The translations under genes were made by a program, and so were the position numbers. DNA of 64,000 nt from Callorhinchus milii. Lineage: Eukaryota. Below are positions 38,461 through 50,650 of the stretch, piece by piece. Each line of letters begins with the position of its first letter. Within the stretch, counting starts at the first letter, position 1. Location of the stretch: contig NW_024704742.1 in the NCBI RefSeq assembly GCF_018977255.1, positions 92,072,001 through 92,136,000 of the forward strand. The letters are read 5' to 3'. The notes below the pieces were generated by a model, which saw only the letters and a program-made list of their open reading frames with translations, was not told where the DNA came from and made no database searches.

Positions 38461-41400
38461 ATTGCACACAGCAATGCCCCACAAACAGCCATGGAGTGAG
38501 TGACCAATTTTATTTGGGAGATGTTTGGTCAGGACACCAGGAAAAACTCTCTTATAATTGTTGATTTCATTCCTTTACTAGTGTGGTAACCAAATCATAC
38601 TCATAATAAAATATGCATTTCACAAATGCATGTTTTTTGTATTGCTCCCAAAAATCTTCCTTAAGGTGACATCTACGAGTGTATTAAATGTATTTATTTG
38701 CTCCAAAAACAATATCTTACTGGCAGCTGCGTTTTCAGCACTGACAATTTTAGCTTCTTCTGTATGATTCCCTAAGGCTGCAGCTTTAGTGCTGAATGGA
38801 GAAGACTGCAACAAATTGATACTTGGTAAAAATTGTAAAATACAATAGCCAAATCATAGGCTGTGAGATTTCCTGATGAAATGATAAGACTCTGGAATCC
38901 ATCATGGCCCCATTCAGTTATAATCTTCAGGTTGCTTGGCTGTGAGTAGGCAGACTAGTTCTTTTCTTTTCATACTTTGTGAAAGGTTTGGTAATCTTCA
39001 TATCTTGGGAGCATGGCAAGAAAAATAGCTATTCTCTTCTTGTACTTTTGGATCTAATCTGAAGTGTTGTCATTGGATCAAGTGGGATTCTTCCTTGAAT
39101 TTAGGAGAGACGTGGGCTTGTGCAAGGTTATGGATGGAGATCTAATTTGTAGTATTTCTCAACAGGATTTCTGAATCATTCAATTTCTTTTCGGAGGGGT
39201 GTGGTCAGCCAGGTATCTAACACAAGTGGAAACCCATCACCAGATTTGTGAACCTTTAGACAAAACTACTAAAGAGTCCCAGGCAAACAGAAGTACATCA
39301 CAGCTGCCCACAGGAGCTCCACTTCAACACAATCTACTTTCGGAGCACTGTTGCCATGGGTCTAACGTCTGCAGATTAACAGTAGAATGATGTGGAAACA
39401 AAAAAACAACAAACATACAACAAATGGAAGCATTTTTGTTTCTAAATTTAGGCAAATTGCTCTTTAAACAAAGCATTTGTTTTGTGCTTGCTTTTGCTGT
39501 TCTACTTTATTTGTCCCGACGGCTCACATCTTGCTGTGATACTTTGCTTAAATGGGTAGAATCTGTAAATTGAGCAAAGCAATATGTTGATTCTCACAGA
39601 TATCTTTAGGCTTTTTAGAAAATAAATGTAAGTGATAATATAGCCTATAATAATGGTGCATGCAATGCTGAACAGATTGCTTTCAGGATAAATATAGAGG
39701 AGTGATCCATCTATGTCTGATGAAACACTGGTTAAAAATGTTCCAACATACAGTATTCCAAATTGACCATTACCAAGCAAGAATATTTCAAAAAAGATAT
39801 AATTCTATACAATCTTTAAATTCCAGTAGATGTAGTTAGAAACCACTGGGGAATGTATAATTCATACAATACAAATTATCCCAAAGAACTGCAGTACGTT
39901 AATCTCCTAAAGAATGTTTTGGAAGTCAAAGAAAAAAATGCTAAATATTTGGAATATTTATTGAATGAAATGCTGTTTGTAGTTGTAATGAAATTAAGTA
40001 TAAAATCATAGAAAGCTTTTGGTATATAAGGAGGATGCACAGGGTATGTGCTTCTGCCAGCTATACACTAAACCTACTGCCCTTCTATTTTCACCAATAC
40101 CCCTTTAATACTATATTTTTTGTTCATTCGCTTATTCAATACCCTTTTAAATATTCTTACAGACTTGGCTTCAACAACCATTTATGGTAAATGAACTGTT
40201 CCATATTCTAACAACTCTGTGTGCGTGTGTGTAAAAAAAATGCTGTCAGCCTTTGAGGCAAGTGTGTAACCTTGATGGAACATCTGTAAGGATGTCATGT
40301 GAAATAAAGTTCCATTTTGATCAGTTGATATCTTGACAATAATATACTCAAGTTTCTATTAATATTCAAAAGAAAATATTAGCTGGTAGTAAAATGCCCA
40401 GGTACCGCTTGAGCTATGGCATGTTATTGAGCAGGTTTCATACTGGTAAAAGGGGTCTAAGAGTCCATGAAAGCTCAAGGCAATAACAATGCAGTTTACC
40501 AGACCAATGCTCCAGGACATGAGCATATATCTGTCTGAGACATATGGAGTGAAATTCTCTGTCTGACTGATGAAAGTCCTGAATTAAACATGTTTGGGTA
40601 GTCTCTACTTATATTTTTGATATTTGTGAGCTGGTAACAAAACTGCCTAAGTGTATTTCAGCATGTTGCTAATTTTTATTCCATGAATCAATGAAGACAG
40701 AAAGGATGAATAGTGGAAAGGGTCGCACTGGGTTGGTGCATTCTTTTACCTGAAGGAAATTGCTATTTAACCAATGTGTTCTTAGATTTAAATTGCAAAA
40801 TTAATTTTTTTTTGTGAGCCAAGGACTACAAGCATCTCATACTGCAATTGCAAATATTAATTTATCTGTGACACTAGTACATGACTGGGTTTGTCAAATA
40901 TGCCTGTAGCAATTCCTGATAATATATTGGAGCTTGTGTTATTCACTGTATAAATCGTTGGACAGAGGCATTAGGTAGCAATTGATTAGTGTGCAAGTCG
41001 TTGAATAGATGGCAGAGTACCCAGTTACTTGTAATTGGTAAAAGGCTGCCTGTGACAAGCAGAGAGGAAGTTACTTTAGTCAGTCCCTGCAAATAACAGC
41101 AGAGGGTTTTTTTTAATCACTGGAGAACATATGTTGACAAGTGGAAAGTTACAGTGCAGGTCAGGTGGAGCTGTGGTGAGGATTTTCCTGGAATATATGG
41201 GGATAAACCGGTTCTAATGATTTTGCAGATAAGCTGAAGCAAAGGACGAACATGAGGGCGTGAAATTCCCTCCACTTTGGTTTTTGGGGTGAAGAAAAAT
41301 TAACACCATCTCAACTGATAAGACACAATGAGCATTTACATGATGTCATGTGAGAAGGAAGCTGACAGGGGAAATTAGAAACCCGAGGCTTCTCACACTG

Positions 41401-41823
41401 TGAAAATTGCTTAAAATGGATGTTTTGAACTTTTTCAACCTCTTGAAATATGTCTGTGGTATTAAGAAATTGTTCCACTTAAGATCATGGTACAACTTTA
41501 ACATCATCTGATGGCAAGTGGGAAAATGGTGGATAAAATGGCCTCTCTTTATGGGAGGATGGCCATTACTTGCACAATTTGAGTGATTTCCAATATTTAT
41601 TTGAACACAGCAATAGATACAGTATAGGTGTAGGATTATAAAATTCAAACTGGTTACAATGCTAATTAACATTTTGTTACATCAGGAGTTGTACTGTCAC
41701 TGTGCCAGCCCTTTTTTTCTTGCTCTGCTAAAAAATCCAAGTTTCATGCATATGCATGAGATTACGTAGGCCTATGATTTTCTGGCTAAATTAGGTACTA
41801 GTAAACTGAAACAACAATTATTG

Positions 41824-42252
41824 GTCAGCCTGGCTCATTTGATGGCACTCTTGCCCCTGAGCCAGAGGGTTGTGGGTTCAAGCCCAACATCACAACTTTG
41901 AGCTTACAGCCTCTAGTACAGAGCTGAGGGAGCGCTACATTGTCAGGGTTGAAGTGCTTTGGATGAGACATAAAACCAAGCTACTGTCTGCCTGTTCCGG
42001 TCGACATTTAAGATCCCATGACACCATTCAAAAAGATTAGAGAGTTTCTCCCATTGTCCTGGCCAACAATCTCCCATATAAAATTGATCATTCATGGCTG
42101 CTTGTCAGACATTACTCTGTACAAATTGGCTGCCGTGTTTGCCTACAAAATACAGTCACTCCATTTTATGGTAAAATTCTGTGAGGTGCTTTGCCACATC
42201 CACCTGATGCAAAAGGCACTATATCAAATGCAAGGATTAGCATTATTATTAT
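41824..42252 (+). mobile_element. Old Deu-SINE, full length
   Basis: gtcagcctggctca...ctgagccagagggttgtgggttcaagccc head, body, Deu core, tail. Confidence 0.9.
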
Positions 42253-44059
42253 AACTTTATGTATATACACAACTGAATTACTTTTACCAATATCTCACAG
42301 CCCTGCATTCACTTCGGATAAGTGGATATGTGAATAGTTGGTGGTGCAGATAACCAGTGTGCTACCGTATTTTAATAAATGTTAATTGTAACCAAATGTG
42401 AGCTTAATGAGGGAACAGTGATGATTAGTTATTGCACAATGTATCAGATGTTAATCTTCATACTAGAACTATAAATATAGAAGCTTCTTAAATGGAAAAA
42501 GGTGGGACGACTGCAATGCAGGTGTACACTCACAATAATCAGAAATAAGGCCAAGGCTCTTTAAGTTATCTGGAGAAATGGACCCTGCTTTAACCTTTAT
42601 CAAAGCAGCCATTTTAGACACGATTGTAAGATAAAGTCTCTATTGAATGAGTGGACTTAGTGAAATGATCGTGCCTTCCGGTGATCATGTGCTTCCTGGT
42701 GATCATGTGAAGTGGTATTGCCTTTTTGTGTTGCCAATTGACTGAAGCTGTAAGATATTTAGCGGCCAGAAGGACTAATGTTCCTCTGGGCTTGAGGAAA
42801 TGAAATACAAAGACAAGTGTAGACGTTTTTATTTCCGCCTTGTAGCATCTGCTTTGGATTTCAGTTCAGCACGCTTAAGTTTCAGAGGGTGCCAAAAAAG
42901 AAGGAAAAAATTACCAATGAGGCCACAGCAGTGTAGAAGGCTTCAAGCACCCATTAAAAGCACTTTAACTACCTGTTTATGTCTAGCAACTTCATTAAAG
43001 TTTGGCGACACTGACAACGGAATTTATTTGCTTGTGGGGAAGCTGGCCAATGTTCTGAGTGCTGCACATACCCACATCTATTGACTCCTGACGAAAGTTT
43101 GTGCAGGAACAATTTTTTTCGATCAGAATCAAGGTTGCAGCATTATCTGGCCCTTGCAATGTGTCTCTGGACTGCGTGCATCCACATCAACATGTTATAT
43201 CAACAGATAAGGAAGACAGAGAAGCAAATTAAAGCTAAAAGGCACCTTTATAGCAAGACCTTGTGGCAAATCTTTATGGGGTATTTGACCTAGACATATG
43301 AATAATTCACAAAGGTATTGTAACTTCAATCTTATCAAAATTAGACATGACAGCGAAAAATGTCATCCCGACCTGCGGTTTCAGGAGCATGTATTGTAAT
43401 GCTGAAGTTCACTCAAGACATTACACTTGAAAGCCATATTATACTTGAAGTCACAACCTCAGACAATGCAGCATGGCTATCGATCAAGCACCTGCAAAAC
43501 AACTTGGATTTCATGCAGTCCATTATCCTCTGGATCCAGTGATTACATGTTTCCCTTTGAACACAGCACTCGTCCTTCAGCAGTTTGTAATGATAATAGG
43601 TTGGGAAAGAAGGGTTGCACTTACAAGTGGATTCCATAGTGTGCAATGAGGAGACAAAAAACAGGCGGAAATGTCCAAAAAAAAGAGCAGTAAAGTCTCA
43701 GATATCAAACCAGGCAACCAAACAGAACAGTGAAGGGGGTAAAGCGTATAAATTAATTTCATATACATAAATGCTAGAAGCATGTGAAATTAACTGGTGA
43801 AGTTGGAGGCATTAGTGAGAATCGCAGACATGGCAAAATCAGGATGATGCAAGTGAATACAACTTACATAGACACAAGTTATTCCAGAAAGATAGGAGCG
43901 ATAGGAAAGGTGGGTTGTGTGTAAGGTACAATTGGGAGGTTAAGTAGTTGAGTCAGTATTGCTGAGTCAATCATGGTATAAAATCTCTGGTTAGATGTGT
44001 TCGAATAACATTTGGGGTTTGGTATGGACGGCCAGGCCAAAATAGGTAGAATGATTTGT

Positions 44060-44452
44060 CATTTTATGAGAACATTAGGAGTGCACGTGAGGAAAAAGAA
44101 GGGAGCACTGATGAGGGACTTCACTTCACCCAACATAAACTGAGAATGTCCAAGAAGGAAGGGCTCCGAGCTTGCAAATAGAATGCATGACTGCTTCCTG
44201 GCTCAGTGTCCGGGACCCCACAAGGGCAGGTCTCTTCTTGACTTAGTTCTGATCAATGACTCAGACACTATTCATGGAGTAGAAGTAACTGATCCATTAG
44301 ATAACAGGTACCACAGCTCAATAACATTCAACTTGACTTGGGAAACAGCACAGGCATGGAATCAAACTCTAGTGTTCAAATTTCAGAGGTATGAGGGCTG
44401 AGCTAAGTGGCATAGACTGTTTGGTAATATTCAAGAACAAATCAGTTGAATG
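44060..44452 (+). mobile_element. CR1 endonuclease-region fragment
   Basis: Translation HDCFLAQC-GPHKGRSLLDLVLINDSDTIHGVEVTDPLDNRYHSSITF; homologous to 20780-21150. Confidence 0.88.
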
Positions 44453-44557
44453 TTGTCAAAATTCAGAATCACAGATAAATCAACCTGGACTCATTTTTTT
44501 TTTAAATCGAGGGAGTGAGGAGAGGCGGAGGAAGGGAAATTTCACCTGATTCTAGAC

Positions 44558-44625
44558 CAGTGGTGGCCAACCTATGACCCACAGTCCAGAAGTGGTCCAT
44601 CAGGTCTTCAAAAAGCAACCTCCTG
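44558..44625 (+). mobile_element. Possible hAT/Charlie-type DNA transposon end
   Basis: CAGTGGTGGCCAACC directly after TTCTAGAC (NTCTAGAN-type target); opposite end not found. Confidence 0.45.
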
Positions 44626-45509
44626 GATCTTTGCATGCGTCTAGTCTAGTTCGATTGGTAGTGACATGAATTAACACAGAGGCTGTTGCTGGCCTTTATG
44701 TAGATAGATGGTCAATCTTTATTCGACAAATACTATCAAACCTGCTTAAGCCTAAACTGCAAAGTTTCCCCTCATTTTGCTCCTCTAGGATCCTTTTTTA
44801 TCAAACCAAAGAATTTCGATCCTCTGAAGTGCTATACAATGACGATAATCAGGAATAAAGTAAATTATTCCATTTAGAATTTAATTTTTTTCAGAAACTG
44901 TGGTCAGCCAACTGTGATATTAAAGATAATTTGAAGAACAAATAATGTGCAGTAAATATACAAATTGGTCCCAAACACACAATAAATAACTTAATATTGC
45001 CTATACAAAATAAAATGAATGTTTATTAAAAAAATCTATAGTTTGTGTCCCTGAGAAGCAGAGGCAATCTAATTGGCACATCACGAAATTCTCTTAGATT
45101 AAAAGGCTTGAATGGAATTATTTTTATATTCCCTACATTGCTTCCATGACTAACCCTAATAAAAACAAATCTAAATTAGAATTGGAGACCACATCATCCT
45201 CGATATGTGTTGTTTTTTTGGGGGGAGGGGGGTGGGTGGTGTCCCTTAGGATGGAGGAACAGGTTGAATTTAAAGCTGTATAGCCAAGAGCCTTAAATCC
45301 CAGTATGTCCCATTTATTGTCATCCCAACACTTAACGCAAATAAACATTGCTTTAAGAATGTGTCTTTGATTTATAGAGAGCTCAAAGATACCTTTAAAA
45401 TGATAAGCACACTGTTGAATTTGTCAATAAGTATTGACAAATTTCTTGATCATCTTAAAGATCAACATATTTTTATTTGGGATATATATATTGCTATTTT
45501 TGACTATAG

Positions 45510-45620
45510 AGCAGAAAAAAGTAAACAGGGTTGTGGACTATGTTTCTAAATCAGTTGAGTCTAGATTCCAAGAAGTTTTGCTCAAGTTATACAGTGTTCT
45601 GCTAAGGCCATGTCTAAATT
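45510..45620 (+). mobile_element. CR1 ORF2 C-terminal fragment
   Basis: Translation KVNRVVDYVSKSVESRFQEVLLKLYSVLLRPCL. Confidence 0.8.
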
Positions 45621-45927
45621 GGAAGCTTTGGCCATCATTTTGACTACATTCTGGATTTTTAATCTAATTGTCTTTTGGTTCAAGGAAAAATGCGAAAATA
45701 ACAGAACTCCAACCTCAACTAGTTCAAGAAATTCAAACACTCTTGACTCTCACCCTCCCAACTTCCTCAAATTCAATAAATTTTTCATTCTTGTCTACCT
45801 TATCTACCTTACTAAAATTTCCCACCTCATTCCATCCAAGTCCCCTTGAGCAAACACAATACTGAAATAAAGTTTTCAAGGTAAGTAATTCACGAGGAAC
45901 AAAATGAGCAAGATACTGAAGAACAAT

Positions 45928-46159
45928 GGGCTAGAAATTCTATCCAGGTCCAGATTTACTCTATTAACATAATGTTTCAGAGCCTCCAGAAATTGGCACA
46001 TTATTTAATGCAGCCTCAATTTTGAAGCAGGTTTTCTGTAAGTTTCTGCATAAAACCAGCGTCAAAGTTAGGACTGAATTCAACAATTTGCTAAATTCTG
46101 AACGTTTTGAAATGCTACATAAATAGAGTAAATCAAGACCTGGGTGCAATTTCTACTCC
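45928..46159. mobile_element. Palindromic MITE (non-autonomous DNA transposon, possibly Harbinger-like)
   Basis: 38-nt terminal inverted repeats matching at 31/38 positions, with further internal dyad symmetry. Confidence 0.75.
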
Positions 46160-47274
46160 TGCTCCTCAATATGTAGCATTTTTGCTTGTCTGCATATACA
46201 CAATAAGTCTGCGTGTAACCACATTTTAGTCAACATTTCAGGTCACAACTAATAGTGGTGATGGAGCGGGCTCCTTTCCTAAACCTTACATCTTAATTAC
46301 CCCCTCTGTCAATAAGAAATAATGGTCTCACTATCTTCAAATTACTAACATAGCTCAATTTATTTGTCAATACATATTTGTATCTTTCTCATCTACCCTA
46401 GAAAACAGAAAAATAACAATCCTAAAAAAAACGAGCTTACAATCCAGGGCAGTGTCTAAAATCAACATTGTTTGGAATTGCATTCAGTGAACCTTCCTTA
46501 TTCATTATTCATTTGAGAATGTTTTGTTAATAAATGATATTATCATTCAGCACCTGAGATGTGAGACTCAGATTTTTTTTAAAAAGGAAGACGTCCTCTT
46601 TTGTAGCTTCACAAAGCATTTCTCAGGTACCCTGAAGCTTGACAGTCTATGCCAACAGCAATGCTAATTGAACTTCTATTACACTGCACCTTCTAGTTTG
46701 TGCCTAGGTTGCAGAATCAACCAATTCCATGGTTTCTATCCTACTCTAATAAAATAAAAACGAGATCTTGAAAAACCATCAGACTGCACAGTACTTCTTG
46801 CATATCCTATTTCTCAAGGGAATCAACATTTTTTGACTTAACTTCAGTATATTCACTGCTGTCCATTGGCATTTATAGAATTTGCCTTCAGTAAGATTTG
46901 GATTCTGTCAGCATTTGGCCCCAAACCAAAGCTTAGAGAGAGACAGATAATGCAGCAGGGGGAACTTGTCCACAGAGACATATCTTATGTTATCTCTTCT
47001 GTATTATTTTTGGAATTCGAAGGCCTTATACAGGAATAAAAACTTAGTAAATGTAAATACAATTGGGCAGAAGCCCAGGCTTTTTCAGTGATAGTGTAAA
47101 AAAACATAGGAATTCATAGGACCAGAAAGACCATAATATTCCATCTGGCTAGTTCCAAACTTCAAAAACCACCACAAATATCTCTATGTTTTACACTCCT
47201 CAATCCTTCAACCCTTTCTTGTGGCAAAATTCTATTTTGTTCCCTCATGAATTGGAGGATGCAAGGAGATTTAA

Positions 47275-47435
47275 TGACTCATCCGAAGGATGACACCTCC
47301 AACAATGCAGCACTCCCTTCAGCACTGCACTGAAGTATCAGTGTGGAGTACATGAGTTCAAAGTCCTGACATGGGGCTTGAGCCCACAACCTTCTGATTC
47401 AGAGATGAGGGCGCTACCCACTGAGCCAGGCTGAC
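47275..47435 (-). mobile_element. Old Deu-SINE 5' part (tRNA-like head)
   Basis: gtcagcctggctcagtgggtagcgccctc...gaaggttgtgggctcaagcccc on the reverse strand. Confidence 0.85.
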
Positions 47436-47649
47436 AACCAGAAAATTTATGTTGTAACTAGCAACAATTAATTTGTAAATTACTGTACATGAACTCAATA
47501 AGCCATTTAATAGTTGCCATCCAGTGATAATTATCACATTTAATGCATTATGAAACACTGCATATTTCATCCCATTTATTCATTGCCCTCTGGATATAGT
47601 TCAGTTTCTGCTATTTGCTCACTCATCTTCCCTCTTTTGAGCTTGGGTT

Positions 47650-48230
47650 CATGTCCCCTTATATAGTTTAATATCTTTAATATCTACATGCTCCCCCTTG
47701 GTGACATAATCCGCAGACATGTGGTCAACGTCCATATGTATGTGGATAACATCTAACGTTCTGCCTCCACCCTCAACTCCAGGATCACTGCTGTCCTGAC
47801 AGACTGCCTGTCGGACATCAAGTCCTGGATGAGGGCAAATTTTCCACAGTTGAATGTGAATAAGACTGAGGCCCTCCTGATTGGCTCACACCAGCATCTC
47901 TGCACCTCAGGCTCTGGCAGCATCGACCTCCATGGTTGCACACTTCAACTCACCAAACCAGTCAGGAACCAAGGTGTCTTGTTCGACCCTCATCTGTCTT
48001 TTCTTCCCCACATCCAAGCCATGACCCGCTCTGCCTTCCCTCACCTCCGTAACATCACCCGACTCCACCACTACCTCACCCCTCAGGCTGCTGAAACTCT
48101 TGTTCATCCCCTCCCTTCTCCCCCCCGACCTTAGCTCGGGTCTGAAATGCTGTACACTGTCCAGCGGCTTGGGATGTCCTCCCAACATTAAAGGCGCTAT
48201 ACAAATGTAATCTTGTTGTTGTTGTTGTTT
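47650..48230 (+). mobile_element. L2 LINE 3' portion with internal deletion
   Basis: HMYVDN (YADD-like) region and MRANFPQLNVNKTEALLIG...VRNQGVLFDPHLSF...AAETLVH, then a jump at ~48110 to the type A 3' UTR and (TTG)n. Confidence 0.9.
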
Positions 48231-48789
48231 GTAGTTCTATCAAACATTGTGTTTGGGTTCACTTTCGCTCTACACCTCAGAATCTTGAAATCTTACGCAT
48301 AAGATCTCCCTTGAGCTTTTTTCTCCTTTGTTTCCTTAGCCTCTCTTGCGAGCTCAGGTCCCTAATCCTGTCTATCAGTTTAGATGTCTCCCACCATATC
48401 CTCTACAATGCTAGGATACTATTACTATAGTACAGTGACTAAAATTGTACACTGTTCCAGGTGGGGTTGGACCTGTGCCTCTACAAGCTGACTCACTTCC
48501 TGAAAATGATGCTCTATCCCTCTGGCTATTCACAGTAAAGTATTGTTTGCTTTTTCCATTGCTGCTTTAGTTACTGTAATGCCATGCTGCTGGTTTCAGT
48601 AAGCAATCCATCAGCATCCCCACATTTCACTCTTGTTATTTCCTGTAGCCTAGCTTCCTATTCTTTCCAGATCCTTCTGTATTTGTTCTTCTTGTATCTG
48701 ATCTTTTCTTCATATTTGTCACATTGCCCGATTCCACCCCCTACCTCACTTCAAATGCAACCCAAACCCTTACCACGTCTTTGTTAGCT

Positions 48790-49278
48790 GCTTCCTGGAC
48801 TTTTCAATTGCACTCCACACTGGTCTCCCTAACTCTTTATCTGTAAACTTCAACTTATCCAAAACATTGCTGTGCACATCCTCACCTGCACCAAACTCTG
48901 CATACTCATCACTCCAGTACTTGCCTGGCTCCCCTGATTCCCTGTCTCCTGATGAATTGATTTCAAGGTCCTCACCCTTATCTTTTCTCCTACCCTACTT
49001 CTTCGCTTGCCCTCTCTACTCAGTTAACTCAGGCTTGCCATGTCCTCTTCCCTTTCTGTGCTGCCGTCAATGAACTAACCTTCAGGTTCTAACTACTGGA
49101 ACTCTCTCTCTGTCTAACCCCCTCTCTACCTGTCTTTAAGTCCTGCCTTAAAACTTACTTCTTTGACCACATCTATGGTCACCTGCCCCTGCGTAGTGTT
49201 TGACTGCACCATTGTAAAGTGCTCTGAGACATTACCCTGCGTGAAGGGTGCTATGCAAGTGTAAATTGTTATTGTTGT
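48790..49278 (+). mobile_element. Old L2 3' fragment (type B tail)
   Basis: caacttatccaaaac...aattgatttcaaggtcctcaccct...gtgctctgagac...gtgaagggtgctat. Confidence 0.75.
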
Positions 49279-49659
49279 CATTCTTGTTTCGTAATGTTTG
49301 AAATCCCTACTTTCTTTAGCAGTTTTGATACCATCAACAAATCTGTTTCGTTAGCAACCTAAAATTTGGGAACACTACAGCTCAGATAAGACTTTCTTAA
49401 TACCAGCAAAGATTGATGGCAGGAAAGCTTCTAGTCACATTTCAAGCACAGAGAAGAAATCAATGGTCTGGTGTTTCCAACAAGATTTGCTTCTTAAATA
49501 ATAATACAGATCTGGCTTCCCTTCCCTCACTCCATGCAGTGAGGCTCTGCCACATATCCAGTCTTTCTGCAGTGCCCTTTGCTCTTGAGGCCACCGCATT
49601 CTTCTCACAGAGCCAGTTTGCTTCCCTATTGTTCTAAACCCCTCAGTTCCTGACCCTTT

Positions 49660-50081
49660 TCAGCTACACATGCCTCTCACTGCACTGGAGCAACACTCAG
49701 TCTCTTTCACCTCGCAGCTAATGGAATCTGCATTAGTTTCAGATACAGGAAGTGAAGAGCAGACTGATTCCACATTTGCATTTATGGTCAGCAAGTGCTC
49801 GTTCATTGTTTGGAGCTCTCTCTCACGTTTTACAGGATCTTCTAATTCCATTGTCCCAGTTGTCACCTTGGGGATGGGCTCAGTTTTCAGAAGGCATTTA
49901 GAAAGTTTGAGGATGTTCCTTATAAAGAATTCTCAGCTAATGTAGATGCATATAAACTTCTGGTCATTGAATAAGCCTGAGGCATTCTCCAAAGAGGTAG
50001 CAATGTCCGTTTGTGTGTATGTGAGAACTTTCTCCTGTGTAGCAACCATTTTCACAGGTCATGATATTATTTTCTGTGTTC
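49660..50081 (-). pseudogene. Possible decayed coding exon of unknown product
   Basis: Acceptor tgttcttacag| at 50082-50083; one frame runs ~140 codons with only TGA stops; no recognisable family. Confidence 0.2.
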
Positions 50082-50354
50082 CTGTAAGAACACAGTTTTG
50101 CTGGCCAAGAAATGTATTAATTTCAAGAACTCCTTAAAGCTGGTATCGACAACTGCACAGAGCAATTCACCTATTCAAGCTCCAGCATTACAGCAACGCC
50201 TTTGAGTGGAAGCCACTGAAGAGGGAACTACCGTAACTAAACCAGCTGCACTACATTCCCCACACCTCTCAGATATACTGAATACTTTTCAGATACTTTG
50301 AACACCTGCAGTGATCTCTGTTCTTGAAGCTGTCACATTTTCTCACATAGCCTA

Positions 50355-50650
50355 AGATGCTAAATGGGATTGAGAAAGTAAACCTAAAGCAATACCTTCA
50401 GGTATGCCAAGGCAGTGCAAGTCAAGATGACACATGTTCAGGATTGTGGAAAACAATTTCAGGAAGCATTTTACAACGAAGATAATTAATGACTACACTG
50501 AATTACCAGGAACTGTAGTTCAGGTCAGGACGCTGGATTCAGTTAGGAAACAGCTTGGTACTACAATGGAAAGATGGTAGGATGGGTACTTTGAAGAATG
50601 AGATCAAATTAGCCAAAGAGCCTACTTCATTGGTAGTTCTCTTGTGATCA
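50355..50650 (+). mobile_element. CR1 3' end, degenerate
   Basis: Similar to 21500-21800; ends tcttgtgatc. Confidence 0.8.

Noticed and set aside
40560..40600. Hammerhead ribozyme-like CTGATGA motif (also CTGACGA at 43088)
   Set aside because: No properly placed GAAA core or closing stems could be built
49660..50081. Selenoprotein with multiple in-frame UGA
   Set aside because: No redox-type motif, no SECIS recognised and no resemblance to known selenoprotein families
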